Origin: Dehalococcoidia bacterium
GTDB taxonomy: Bacteria; Chloroflexota; Dehalococcoidia; Bin125
Assembly: GCA_963662615.2 (NCBI GenBank)
Contig: CAXXSR010000001.1
Coordinates: 864,001-928,000, forward strand
DNA length: 64,000 nucleotides
Direction: 5' to 3'
In this document: piece after piece, positions 10,913-21,005 of the stretch
How the letters are laid out: each line of letters opens with the position of its first letter
How positions within the stretch are numbered: position 1 is the stretch's first letter
The notes under the pieces: generated by a model
Seen by the model: the letters and a program-made list of their open reading frames with translations, nothing else
The model's database searches: none
What the model was told of the DNA's origin: nothing
Made by a program: the position numbers and the translations under genes

Positions 10913-12855
10913 GCGCCGCTGTGAGCGCCGCTGTGAGCGCCGCCTACGAGACGCTGCGGGAGGCGGCGCGACCGTTGCGAGAGGCGCGCGAGCGGCCGCT
11001 GCGGCCGCTGCTGCGGGTGGACCTGACCACCTCGTCGGTGGCGGCGGGCGGCGACGCCACCCTGGCCGCCCTGCGCCGGGCCCTGCGGGAGCGGCAGCTG
11101 GACTGTGACCTGATCACCGTGGGCACGCTGGGCCTCTCCTTCCTGCAGCCCGTGGTGGAGCTACAGCGGCCGGGCCGGGCGCCGGTGGTCTACGGCCCCC
11201 TGGCGGCGGCCGAGGCGGACGCCTTCGTGGCGGCGGCGCTGCAGGGGCAGGGCGAGGCCGCTCACTGGGCGCTGGGCGTGCGCGCGCCGGCGGGCGAGGA
11301 GGGGCTGCCCAGCCTCTTCGCGCACCCGTTCTGGGCGCCCCAGGAGCGACGGCTGATGGAGTGGATGGGGGTGATCGACCCCGAGGACGTGGATGAGGCG
11401 ATCGGCGTGGGCCGCTACGCCGGGCTGGAGCGGGCCCTGGCCATGGAGCCGGCGGCGATCTGCGACCTGGTGGAGGAGGCGGGGCTGTTGGGCCGCGGCG
11501 GCGCCGGCTTCCCCGCCGGGCGCAAGTGGAAGTTTCTCCTGGGCGCCCCCGGCCCCCTGAAGTACCAGGTCTGCAACGCCGACGAGGGCGACCCCGGCGC
11601 CTTCGTCAACCGGGTGTTGATGGAATCCGACCCGCACCTGGTGATCGAGGGGATGGCGATCGCCGCCCAGGCCACCGGCGCGCGCCACGGCTTCGTCTAC
11701 ATCCGCGACGAATACCCGCTCAGCATCGTGCGCATGCAGCGGGCCATCGAGGGCGCGGGCGCGCGCGGGCTGCTGGGCGAGGGCATCCTGGGCACGGACC
11801 TCTGCTTCACCCTGGAAGTGGTTCGCGGGGCCGGCTCCTACGTCTGCGGCGAGGAGTCGGGGCTGATCGCCTCGGTGGAGGGGCTGCGCGGCATGCCCAA
11901 GATCCGCCCGCCTTTTCCCGCTCAGCGAGGGGTCTTCGGCCGGCCCAGCAACGTCAACAACACCGAGACCTTCGCCAATGTGCCGCTGGTGCTGCAGCAC
12001 GGCGCCGCTTGGTACCGGGAGCAGGGCACGGCCTCCGACCCCGGCACCAAGATGTTCAGCGTCAGCGGCGCCGTGGCCCGCAGCGGCGTTCTGGAGCTGC
12101 CCTTCGGCACCTCCCTGGCGACGGCGCTGCTGGAGGCGGGCGGCGGGCCCCCGCCGGGCCGGCGTCCCAAAGGGGTGCAGCCGGGCGGCCCCTTGGGGGG
12201 GATGTTCAGCGCCGAAGAGCTGGCGCTGCCGTTGGAGCGGCCGCCCTTCACGGAGCTGGGGGTGCTGCTGGGCTCGGGCGGCCTGATCCTCTTCGACGAT
12301 CGCGCCTGCGCCCTGGACCTGGCCCTCTACTTCAGCGAGTTCTGCGAGGACGAGTCCTGCGGCCGCTGCACCACCTGTCACGGCGGCAGCCAGCGGCTGG
12401 TGGAGATCCTGCGCCGCATCGCCGGCGGCGGCGGGCGCGAGAGCGACCTAGAGCGGATCGGCCTGCTGGACCGGGCGCTGCAGAACGCCAACTGCGTGCA
12501 CGGGCAGTTCACGCCCTACGCCGTGCGCGCCGCCGTGCGCCACTTCGGCGCCGAGATCGAGGCGCACATCCGCGAGCGGCGCTGCCCCGCCGGGGTCTGC
12601 CGGGGCCTGATCCGGCACCGCATCACGGCGCCCGCCGACCCCGCCCTGGTTGAGGCGGCCGATCTCTGCCCCACCGACGCGATTGTGCCGGCGGGCGTGT
12701 TGGAGGGCGTGGCGGCGGGCGTGGCTGGGGGTGCGGAAGGGGGGGCGGGCTACGGCATCGACGATGGCGCCTGCATCCAGTGCGGCCTCTGCCGCGAGCT
12801 GGCGCCGGCGGCGGTGACCGTCGAGGAGCGCTTTCCGGCCCCCACGCCGGCCTAA
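10909..12855 (+). CDS. NuoF/HoxF/HydB-like FMN/NADH-binding subunit with C-terminal ferredoxin
   Basis: GRGGAGFP, NADEGDPG, YVCGEE, ESCGRCTTC, CIQCGLC; GTGA overlap with the nuoE-like gene. Confidence 0.9.
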   Translation: MSAAVSAAVSAAYETLREAARPLREARERPLRPLLRVDLTTSSVAAGGDATLAALRRALRERQLDCDLITVGTLGLSFLQPVVELQRPGRAPVVYGPLAAAEADAFVAAALQGQGEAAHWALGVRAPAGEEGLPSLFAHPFWAPQERRLMEWMGVIDPEDVDEAIGVGRYAGLERALAMEPAAICDLVEEAGLLGRGGAGFPAGRKWKFLLGAPGPLKYQVCNADEGDPGAFVNRVLMESDPHLVIEGMAIAAQATGARHGFVYIRDEYPLSIVRMQRAIEGAGARGLLGEGILGTDLCFTLEVVRGAGSYVCGEESGLIASVEGLRGMPKIRPPFPAQRGVFGRPSNVNNTETFANVPLVLQHGAAWYREQGTASDPGTKMFSVSGAVARSGVLELPFGTSLATALLEAGGGPPPGRRPKGVQPGGPLGGMFSAEELALPLERPPFTELGVLLGSGGLILFDDRACALDLALYFSEFCEDESCGRCTTCHGGSQRLVEILRRIAGGGGRESDLERIGLLDRALQNANCVHGQFTPYAVRAAVRHFGAEIEAHIRERRCPAGVCRGLIRHRITAPADPALVEAADLCPTDAIVPAGVLEGVAAGVAGGAEGGAGYGIDDGACIQCGLCRELAPAAVTVEERFPAPTPA

Positions 12856-12989
12856 GGATTGTAACTGCGGCCGGCGCGCCGGCCGAGGGTCGCGGCTGCG
12901 AATTGCACTGTGGCCCGGTGTGTCGGTGCGGGCCCGGCCCTGCGTTTATGTCGCACTGATGTTCTATCGCAGGCCCGTCGCTGCTACCC

Positions 12990-15900
12990 TTGCCACTTGA
13001 GGGTCGGTATGATACACGGAACCGTGTAGGAACGCGGAGCCGTAGCCCCGCCGCGACCGCGTCGAAGCGCGGCAGCGGGAGGGGGGAGGCCGGCCTGGTC
13101 AGCCCGGTCCGTCGCCAGTACCTGGAGCAGAAGGCGCGCCACCCCGACGCGATCCTCTTCTTCCGCCTGGGCGACTTCTACGAGACCTTCGACGGCGACG
13201 CCGAGCTGGTCAGCCGTGAGCTGGAGATCGCCCTGACCAGCAAGCCGCTGGGCGAGGGGCTGCGGGTGCCGCTGGCGGGCGTGCCCGTGCAGGCGGTCGA
13301 GCGCCACCTGGCGCGGCTGATCGCGCGGGGACATCGCGTCGCCATCTGCGAGCAGCTGGAGGACCCCAAGGCGACCAAGGGGCTGGTGGCGCGGGGGGTG
13401 GTGCGGGTGCTCTCGCCGGGGACGGCGCTGGAGCCGGCCCTGCTGGAGGCGGGCAGCAGCCGCTACTGCGCCGCCCTGGCCCCGCCCAGGCGCAGCGGCG
13501 CCCGCGCCGGGCGGGCCGGACTGGCCGCGGTGGACCTGAGCACGGGCGAGTTCTTGGTCTGCGAGCTGGGGCCGTTCCTCAGTGCGGATGGGGCCGCCGA
13601 GGGGGAGTCGGTGTCGGCGGTGCCGGAGACGGTGCCGGAGACGGTGCTGGAGCGCGCCGTGGTGCGGGAGCTGGCGCGCCTGGGCGCCGTGGAGCTGCTG
13701 CTGCCGGCCGGGGCGGCGCCGCCGGCGGGGCTGCCGGCCTCGCTGCGGGGGGCGCTGCGGGCGCGCCCGCCTGATCGCTTCGACGAGGGTGCGGCGGCGC
13801 GGCGGCTGTGCCGGCACTACGCCGTCGCCGACGTGGAGGGGCTGGGGCTGGCGGGGCGGCCGGCGGCGCTGGCGGCGGCGGGGGCGCTGCTGGACTACCT
13901 GGCCGAGTGCCGGCCCTCGTTTCCAGGCAGCGCGTCACAGGGCAGCGCCTCTCCGGGCAGTGCGCCCGCGGGCGGCGCGTCCTCAGGCGGTGTGTTCCAA
14001 GGCGGCGCGTCCCCAGGCGGTGTGTCCCCAGGCGGCAGCGACCCGCTGGCCCATCTGGCCCCTCCCCGCCTCTACGAGCCGGGCGCCAGCATGGCCCTGG
14101 ACGCGGCCACGGAGCGCGCCCTGGGCCTCTTCAGCAGCGGCCGCGGTGACGGCCGCGGTGGTGAGGACGGCGCCGGCTCGCTGCTCTCGCTCTTGGACCG
14201 CTGCCGCACGGCGGCGGGGCGCCGCCTGCTGCGGCGGCGGTTGGCGCGCCCGCTGCTCGAGCTGGGACGGATTGAGGCGCGCCTGGAGCGGGTGGCGCTG
14301 CTGTGCGCCCAGGGGCTGCTGCGGCGACGGCTGCGCGAGGGGCTGGCGGCGGTGCCGGACCTGGAGCGGCTGCTGGGGCGGATCAGCGCCGGGGAGGCGC
14401 GGCCCCCGGAGGTGGCCGCCCTGGGCCGCGGCCTGGGCGCCGCGGCGGTGCTGCGGGCGGCGCTGGTGGCGCCCCTCAGCGAAGGGCCCGTCGCTGGAGG
14501 CGGGCCGGGGGGGGCGAGCGAGGCCGCCTCTACGGGAATCGCGGCGGGGGCTGGGGAGGCCGGCGCAGGCGAGGCCGCCTCTGCGGGAATCGCGGAGGCG
14601 GGGGCGGCGCTGCGGGCGGGCATGGCCGAGGAGCTGCGCCCCTGCCCCGCGGCTGCGGAGGCGATCGCGGCGACGCTGGTGGAGGAGCCGGCCGCCGACT
14701 GCGAGGAGGGCGGGGTGGTGCGCCCCGGCTGCGACGCCGAGCTGGACCGCTGGCGGGCGCAGCTGGCGCGCGGGCGCGAGGCGATCGCGGCGCTGGAGGC
14801 GCGCGAGCGCGAGCGCTCGGGCATCGCCACGCTCAAACTGGGCTACCACCGCAGCTTCGGCTACTACCTGGAGGTGAGCAGCAGCAAGCTGGGGCGGGTG
14901 CCGCCCGATTGGGAGCGGCGGCAGACGCTGGCGGGCGGGGAGCGCTTCACCACAGCGGAGCTGCGGCAGCTGGAGGGGGAGGTGGCGGCGGCGCGCGAGG
15001 CGGCGGCGGCGCGCGAGCGCGCCCTCTTCCAGCGGCTCTGCCGGCGGCTGGCGGCGGAGGCGGCGGCGCTGCGGGCGCTGGCGCGGGGGCTGGCGCGGCT
15101 GGACGTGGCGGCGGCCCTGGCCGAGGTGGCGAGCGCGCGCGGCTACGTCCGCCCCCAGCTCGATCTGGGCGGGGCGATCGAGATCCGCGAGGGCCGTCAC
15201 CCGATGGTGGAGGCGTCGCTGCCGCCGGGCCGCTTCGTGCCCAACGACCTGCGCCTGCGCGCCGAGCGCGAGCAGGTGCTGGTGGTGACGGGCCCCAACA
15301 TGGCCGGCAAGAGCACCTACCTGCGGCAGGCGGCGCTGATCGTCCTGCTGGCGCAGTGCGGCAGCTTCGTGCCCGCGGCCGAAGCGCGGATCGGTTTGGT
15401 GGACCGCATCTTCGCCCGCGTCGGCGCCCACGACGACCTCGCCGCCGGCCAGAGCACCTTCATGGTAGAGATGCTGGAGACGGCGGCGATCCTGGCCGGG
15501 GCCGGGGACCGGTCCCTCCTGATCCTGGACGAGATCGGTCGCGGCACCAGCACCTACGACGGCCTCGCCATCGCGCGGGCGCTGCTGGAGCAGCTGGCCT
15601 CGGGGCCGCGGCGGGGGCCGCGCACCCTCTTCGCCACCCACTTTCAGGAGCTGACGGAGCTGGCCGGGGGGCATGACCGCATCGGCAACGCCCACGTTGC
15701 TGTGGAAGAGGTTACCGTCGAAGAGGTCGCGGGGGCAGGGGAGGAGGGCGGCGGGCCCGGCCCGGGCAGGGGCGGCGTGCGCTTCCTCTTCCGGGTGCTG
15801 CCGGGGGGCGCGGACCGCTCCTACGGCATCCAAGTGGCGGAGATGGCCGGTCTGCCGGCGCCGCTGCTGGCGCGGGCGCGCGAGATCCTGACTCTTCTGG

Positions 15901-16334
15901 AGGGCGGGCTGGAGGGCGGTCGGGAAGGCGGTGGGGCGGCGCCCGGCCCCGGCGCTGGGGGGCGCGCCGAGCCGAGCGCGGCGCTGCTGTTGCCGCCGCC
16001 GCCCTCGCCCCTGCTGGCGGATCTGGCGGCGCTGGCGGTGGAGGAGCTGACGCCGCTGGAGGCGATCGGCGCGCTTTTTGCGTTGCGCGAACGGGCTCGG
16101 GTAGAGCGAGCGGAGGAGCCGGCCCCGCGGCCAAGCGACTCGCTGCGGGCGGCGTCGGTGGGAGAGACGGCGTTGCGCGAACGGGCGCGGGCCCAGAGCG
16201 GCGAGGGGCCGGGACCGCGACGAAGCGAGACAGCGGAGACGCCGTTGAGGGAGGGGGCGTTGCGCGAGCGGGCCCTGACGGGCGCGGCCGGGGGCGGCGC
16301 GGCCGGCGACAGTGCGGGCGGGGAGGGGCCGTGA
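12990..16334 (+). CDS. mutS: DNA mismatch repair protein MutS (start uncertain)
   Basis: GDFYETF, GPNMAGKST, STFMVEM, DEIGRGT, FATHF, SYGIQVA. Confidence 0.96.
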   Translation: MPLEGRYDTRNRVGTRSRSPAATASKRGSGRGEAGLVSPVRRQYLEQKARHPDAILFFRLGDFYETFDGDAELVSRELEIALTSKPLGEGLRVPLAGVPVQAVERHLARLIARGHRVAICEQLEDPKATKGLVARGVVRVLSPGTALEPALLEAGSSRYCAALAPPRRSGARAGRAGLAAVDLSTGEFLVCELGPFLSADGAAEGESVSAVPETVPETVLERAVVRELARLGAVELLLPAGAAPPAGLPASLRGALRARPPDRFDEGAAARRLCRHYAVADVEGLGLAGRPAALAAAGALLDYLAECRPSFPGSASQGSASPGSAPAGGASSGGVFQGGASPGGVSPGGSDPLAHLAPPRLYEPGASMALDAATERALGLFSSGRGDGRGGEDGAGSLLSLLDRCRTAAGRRLLRRRLARPLLELGRIEARLERVALLCAQGLLRRRLREGLAAVPDLERLLGRISAGEARPPEVAALGRGLGAAAVLRAALVAPLSEGPVAGGGPGGASEAASTGIAAGAGEAGAGEAASAGIAEAGAALRAGMAEELRPCPAAAEAIAATLVEEPAADCEEGGVVRPGCDAELDRWRAQLARGREAIAALEARERERSGIATLKLGYHRSFGYYLEVSSSKLGRVPPDWERRQTLAGGERFTTAELRQLEGEVAAAREAAAARERALFQRLCRRLAAEAAALRALARGLARLDVAAALAEVASARGYVRPQLDLGGAIEIREGRHPMVEASLPPGRFVPNDLRLRAEREQVLVVTGPNMAGKSTYLRQAALIVLLAQCGSFVPAAEARIGLVDRIFARVGAHDDLAAGQSTFMVEMLETAAILAGAGDRSLLILDEIGRGTSTYDGLAIARALLEQLASGPRRGPRTLFATHFQELTELAGGHDRIGNAHVAVEEVTVEEVAGAGEEGGGPGPGRGGVRFLFRVLPGGADRSYGIQVAEMAGLPAPLLARAREILTLLEGGLEGGREGGGAAPGPGAGGRAEPSAALLLPPPPSPLLADLAALAVEELTPLEAIGALFALRERARVERAEEPAPRPSDSLRAASVGETALRERARAQSGEGPGPRRSETAETPLREGALRERALTGAAGGGAAGDSAGGEGP

Positions 16335-18187
16335 CGTCGGCCTCCGTGACGTCGGCTTCCGTGGCGGCGGCCGATGCGCGAAGGACGGGGGCAGCGCCGG
16401 CGCCGATCCGGGCGCTGCCGGCGGCGGTGGCGGCGCAGATCGCCGCCGGGGAGGTGATCGAGCGGCCCGCCTCGGTGGTGAAGGAGCTGCTGGAGAACGC
16501 CTGCGACGCCGGCGCGGGGCGCATTGAGGTGGTGGTGGAGGGGGCGGGGCTGGAGCGGATCACGGTGCGCGACGACGGCTGCGGCATCCCCGCCGCGGAG
16601 CTGCCGCTGGCCTTCGCCCGCCACGCCACCTCCAAGCTGCGGACGCCGGCGGATCTGGAGCGGCTGCGCAGCTACGGCTTTCGCGGCGAGGCGCTGCCCA
16701 GCATCGCCGCGGCGGCGGCGGCGGTGGACTGTCTCAGCCGCGTCGCCGGCGCCGCCATGGGCGCGCGCCTCTCCGTCCAGGGCGGCCGGGTGGCAGCGCC
16801 GGTGCGGGCGGGGGCGGCGCCGGGCACCACGGTGGAGGTGCGCGGCCTCTTCGGCCGCCAGCCGGCCCGGCGCGCCTTCCTGGCGCCGGCGCGGAGCGAG
16901 CGCGCCGCCATCGCCCGCGTCTGCAGCGACGCCGCCCTGGCCCGGCCGGGGACGGCGCTGCGATTGCAGATCGACGGGCGCACGCTGCTGCAGAGCGACG
17001 GCGGCGGCGACCTTCGCGCCGCCTTCGCGGCGCTGTGGGGGCCGGCGCTGGGCGCGGCCGCCGTCGCCTTCGGCGGCGAGCGCGCGCCGGCGGGGGCAGG
17101 GGAGGGCGGCGCCCTGCTGCGGGTGGCGGGGCTGGCGGCGCCGCCATCGCACTCGCGGGGGCGGCGTGGGGGCGTGCGTCTCTTCGTCAACGGCCGCCCG
17201 GTCGTCTCGCGGCGGCTGGGCTACGCGGTGGAGGGGGCCTACGCCGAGCTGCTGCCGCGCGGCCGCTACCCGCTGGCGGCCGTGTTCCTGGAGGCACCGG
17301 GGGATCGGGTCGACGTCAACGTGCACCCGGCCAAGGCCAGCGTGCGCCTGCGCGATGAGGACGCCGCCTTCGGGCTGATCCAGCGGACGCTGCGGGCCGC
17401 CCTGCTGGCGGCGCTGGGGCCGGAGGCGGCACTCTCGGCGGCGGCAGTGCTCTCGGCGGCGGCAGTGCCGGCGTCGATGCTGGCAGCGCCGGCACGGGCC
17501 TCGCCGCTGCTGTCGCCGCCGGCCGGCAGCGTCAGGGCGGGCGCGAACGCCGGCCTCGAGGCCCCTGGTGGCGAGGCCGCTGGTCGCGATGGCACAGTGG
17601 GGGCGCTGCCGCTCCTGCGCCCGTTGGGGCAGCTGCGCGGCACCTTCATCGTCGCGGAGGGGCCGGAAGGGATGGTGCTGATCGATCAGCACGCCGCCCA
17701 CGAGCGGGTGCTCTACGAGCGGCTGCTGGGGCGCGCGCCGGAGCCGGAGCAGCAGGCGCTGCTGGAGCCGCCGCTGCTGGAGCTGACGCCGACGCAGGCG
17801 GCGGCGCTGGCATCGCACGAAGGGGAGCTGGCGGCGCTGGGCTTCGCGGTCGAGCCGTTCGGCGACCGCGCCCTGCGTCTGCGCGCCCTGCCGGCCTGTC
17901 TGGGCGGCGGGGCTGGGGGGCGCGAGCGCGAGGCGCGCTCGACGCTGGCGGCGATCCTCGACGACCTGGCGGGAGCGGAGCGGCTGCCGGCCGGGAACGA
18001 CCCCGTCGCCGCAGTCACCGCCTGCCACGCCGCCGTGCGGGCGGGCGATACGCTGGCGATGGAGGAGATGCGGGCGCTGCTGGAGGAGCTGGAGCGTTGC
18101 CGGCTGCCGGGCACCTGCCCCCACGGCCGCCCCACGCTCATCGAGTTCGCCGCCGCCGATCTCTTGCGCAAGTTTGGCCGACGCTGA
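16331..18187 (+). CDS. mutL: DNA mismatch repair endonuclease MutL
   Basis: IAAGEVIERP, GFRGEAL, DVNVHPAK, DQHAAHER, ACH, CPHGRP. Confidence 0.96.
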   Translation: MTSASVTSASVAAADARRTGAAPAPIRALPAAVAAQIAAGEVIERPASVVKELLENACDAGAGRIEVVVEGAGLERITVRDDGCGIPAAELPLAFARHATSKLRTPADLERLRSYGFRGEALPSIAAAAAAVDCLSRVAGAAMGARLSVQGGRVAAPVRAGAAPGTTVEVRGLFGRQPARRAFLAPARSERAAIARVCSDAALARPGTALRLQIDGRTLLQSDGGGDLRAAFAALWGPALGAAAVAFGGERAPAGAGEGGALLRVAGLAAPPSHSRGRRGGVRLFVNGRPVVSRRLGYAVEGAYAELLPRGRYPLAAVFLEAPGDRVDVNVHPAKASVRLRDEDAAFGLIQRTLRAALLAALGPEAALSAAAVLSAAAVPASMLAAPARASPLLSPPAGSVRAGANAGLEAPGGEAAGRDGTVGALPLLRPLGQLRGTFIVAEGPEGMVLIDQHAAHERVLYERLLGRAPEPEQQALLEPPLLELTPTQAAALASHEGELAALGFAVEPFGDRALRLRALPACLGGGAGGREREARSTLAAILDDLAGAERLPAGNDPVAAVTACHAAVRAGDTLAMEEMRALLEELERCRLPGTCPHGRPTLIEFAAADLLRKFGRR

Positions 18188-18415
18188 GCCTGGGGAGCGA
18201 CCGCGGCCTTGCAGACGGCGAGGAGACCCACAGCCGCCTCGCGATGCCATAAGAGAAGTTCGGCCGTCGCTGAGGCGCGCCGGCGGGCGCGGCTGGGCGC
18301 TTGGGGAGAGCGCGATCGGGCAGAGCGTGGGCGCGCGCCGATACGCTCCATCGCTCCAACGGGGGCTTGCATTGGCCCAGCGCCGTTGGCGATGCTGCAG
18401 GCCGGAGCGGAGGGG

Positions 18416-20047
18416 ATGCGAGCCGTGAGCGAGGCCGGGGTCGCGTCCGACCCCCTGACGCCGCTGCTGCTGCTGGAGCGGACGCTGCGCGTCTTCCCCG
18501 ACAAGGAGGCGGTGGCCTACGGCGAGGAGCGGCTGAGTTGGCGCGACTTCGCCACGCTGGTGGGCCGCTTCGCGGCGGCGCTGCGGCGCGACGGCGTCGG
18601 CCGCGGCGAGCGCGTGGCGGTGCTGCTGCCCAACCTGCCCCTGCACCTGGCCGCCACCTTCGCGGTGCCGCTGGCGGGGGCGGCGCTGGTGGCGATCAAC
18701 ACGCGGCTGGCGGCGGAGGAGGTGGGCCACATCCTGCGGCACAGCGGGGCGCGGCTGCTGTTGGTCGATCCCGAGCTGGCGCCGCGGGTCCCGCTGCGGG
18801 AGCTGCCGGATCTTGAGGTCGTCAACGTGCTGGACCGCGTCGCCGGGCTGACGATGCCGTGGCTGACAGTGCCGGGGCTGCCGGGGCCGAGCTTCGAGGA
18901 GTGGAGCGACGGCGTGGAGCCGCTGCCCGTCGCTAACACCGTCGAGGACGAGGGCGAGCTGCTGGCGATCAACTACACCTCCGGCACCACCGGGCGCCCG
19001 CGCGGGGTGATGTACACGCACCGCGGGGCCTACCTCAACGCGCTGGGGCAGATCGGCGCGCTGGGGCTGGGCCCATCGACGGCGTTCCTGTGGACGCTAC
19101 CGATGTTCCACTGCAACGGCTGGTGCCTGACCTGGGCGGTTACCGGCGCCGGCGGCCGTCACGTCTGCCTGCGGGCGCCGCGGCCGGCCGAGGTCCTGCG
19201 CCTGATCGCGTCGGAGGCGGTGACCAACTTCGCCGGTGCGCCGACGCTGCTGCGGATGATCGCGGCCGAGCCGGAGGGCGCCGGCGTGCGCTTCGAGCCG
19301 CCGGTGACGGTCTGCACGGGGGGGGCGCCGCCCTCGCCCACCGACATCGAGAGCATGGAGCGGCTGGGCGTGCGCGTACAGCACCTCTACGGCCTGACCG
19401 AGACCTACGGCCCCCACGTGGGCTGCGAGCCGCAGGCCGGCTGGCCCGACCTGCCCGCGGCCGAGCGCGCCCGCCTCAGCGCCCGCCAGGGCGTGCCGCT
19501 CCTCCACGCCGTACACCTGCGCGTGGTCGAGGCGGCGTCGATGGCGGACGTGCCCGCCGACGGCGCCACCATGGGCGAGGTGGTGATGCGGGGCAATAAC
19601 GTCATGGCCGGCTACTTCAACGACCCCGAGGCGACGGCGGAGGCGTTTCGCGGCGGCTGGTTCCACTCCGGCGACCTGGCCGTGATGCACCCCGACGGCT
19701 CCATTGAGCTGCGCGATCGCAGCAAGGACGTGATCATCAGCGGCGGCGAGAACATCTCCTCGATCGAGGTCGAGAACGTGCTCTACCGCCACCCCGCCGT
19801 ACAGGAGGTGGCGGTGGTGGGGGCGCCGGACGAGAAGTGGGGCGAGGCGCCGGTGGCGTTCGTGGCGCTGAAGCCCGGGGCGGAGGCGACGGCGGAGGAG
19901 ATCATCGCGTTCGCGCGCGAGCGGCTGAGCCGTTTCAAGTGCCCGCAGCGGGTCACGTTCGGCGAGCTGCCCAAGACCAGCACCGGCAAGATCCAGAAGT
20001 TCAAGCTGCGCGAGCGCGAGTGGGCCGGCCGGGAGCGGCGGGTGTGA
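18416..20047 (+). CDS. acyl-CoA synthetase (AMP-binding enzyme)
   Basis: YTSGTTGRP, YGLTE, WFHSGD, LPKTSTGKIQK. Confidence 0.92.
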   Translation: MRAVSEAGVASDPLTPLLLLERTLRVFPDKEAVAYGEERLSWRDFATLVGRFAAALRRDGVGRGERVAVLLPNLPLHLAATFAVPLAGAALVAINTRLAAEEVGHILRHSGARLLLVDPELAPRVPLRELPDLEVVNVLDRVAGLTMPWLTVPGLPGPSFEEWSDGVEPLPVANTVEDEGELLAINYTSGTTGRPRGVMYTHRGAYLNALGQIGALGLGPSTAFLWTLPMFHCNGWCLTWAVTGAGGRHVCLRAPRPAEVLRLIASEAVTNFAGAPTLLRMIAAEPEGAGVRFEPPVTVCTGGAPPSPTDIESMERLGVRVQHLYGLTETYGPHVGCEPQAGWPDLPAAERARLSARQGVPLLHAVHLRVVEAASMADVPADGATMGEVVMRGNNVMAGYFNDPEATAEAFRGGWFHSGDLAVMHPDGSIELRDRSKDVIISGGENISSIEVENVLYRHPAVQEVAVVGAPDEKWGEAPVAFVALKPGAEATAEEIIAFARERLSRFKCPQRVTFGELPKTSTGKIQKFKLREREWAGRERRV

Positions 20048-20126
20048 GCGACGCGATCAAGCGGCCGTTCAAGCGGGGTAGCGAAGTTTCCGCCCGTGTC
20101 TGGCATTGTTGTCGCGGTCAGCGACG

Positions 20127-20822
20127 CTACCCGTCCGCGAAGAGGCGGAAGCCGTAGTCGTTGTAGCGGCGGTCGGGGTCGAGGCTGGAGCGGGCGCTGA
20201 CGCGGCTGAACTTGAGGGAGTGGCGCCAGCTGCCGCCGCGGCTGGCGCGGCGCACGCCGCCGGCCGGGCCGGGCGGATCGTTCAGCGCTGAAGCGGCGTA
20301 GTAGGCGGGGTCGTACCAGTCGCTGCACCACTCGTGGACGTTGTCGGCCAGGCAGAGGAGGCCGTAGCCGTTGGCGCAGGGCGACGCCGGCCGGTGGGGA
20401 CGATCGAGCCTGGCGATGTCGGGGGCGCGCTCATGGGGCGGGGTCGCGCCCCAGGGCCAGTCGGCGCCCTCCAGGCTGCCGCGCGTCGCGAACTCGCGCT
20501 CGGCCTCGGTGGGGAGGCGGAAGGGGACGCCGGTGCGGGCGGCCAGCCAGCGGCAATAGGCCAGCGCCTCGTGCCAGTTCACGCCCACGACGGGAACTTC
20601 CGGATCGCTGAAGCGGGCGTCATCGAGGAAGGGCGGCGGCGCCCTTTCGCCGGCGGGGCCGCTCTCGGCGACGTAGCGGAGGTAGTCGGTGACGCTGACG
20701 GGCCGGACGGCGGCGCGGAACGGCGCGAGGCGGACGCGATGGCGCGGTCGCTCGTCGGGGCGGCCGGCGTCGTCGCCCATGAGGAAGTCGCCGCCGGGGA
20801 GGTCGATCAGATCGGGGGTCAT
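20127..20822 (-). CDS. formylglycine-generating enzyme (SUMF1/EgtB-C) family protein
   Basis: FLMG, RLPTEAE, NVHEWCSDWY, RGGSW, GFR. Confidence 0.88.
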   Translation of the reverse strand: MTPDLIDLPGGDFLMGDDAGRPDERPRHRVRLAPFRAAVRPVSVTDYLRYVAESGPAGERAPPPFLDDARFSDPEVPVVGVNWHEALAYCRWLAARTGVPFRLPTEAEREFATRGSLEGADWPWGATPPHERAPDIARLDRPHRPASPCANGYGLLCLADNVHEWCSDWYDPAYYAASALNDPPGPAGGVRRASRGGSWRHSLKFSRVSARSSLDPDRRYNDYGFRLFADG

Positions 20823-20846
20823 GCCGCCTCGCTATCGGTTGTCGCG

Positions 20847-20905
20847 CCGGTTCGCCCTTCGACAAGCTCCTTCCTAGGACAGAAGGACAGGTCAGGACGA
20901 ACGGG
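20847..20905. repeat. REP-like palindromic element (GTTCGCCCTTCGAC...CAGGACGAACGGG) with nested hairpin
   Basis: Outer stem GTTCG/CGAAC, inner TCCTTC/GAAGGA; related copies at 22618-22645 and 22797-22888. Confidence 0.7.
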
Positions 20906-21005
20906 CACGGCGCGGCGATTCTATCGCGCTTCCGGCCGGCGCTCGCCGATGTGAGCGGGAGGCCGGTAGACTCCGCGCGATCGACGAGCACAGAGGAGGG
21001 CGGGC

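Noticed and set aside
15821-19021. Long antisense or alternate-frame ORFs (1066 aa here; also 2290-4401, 13983-15833 and others)
   Set aside because: Shadow ORFs expected at this GC content; they overlap genes with clear motifs
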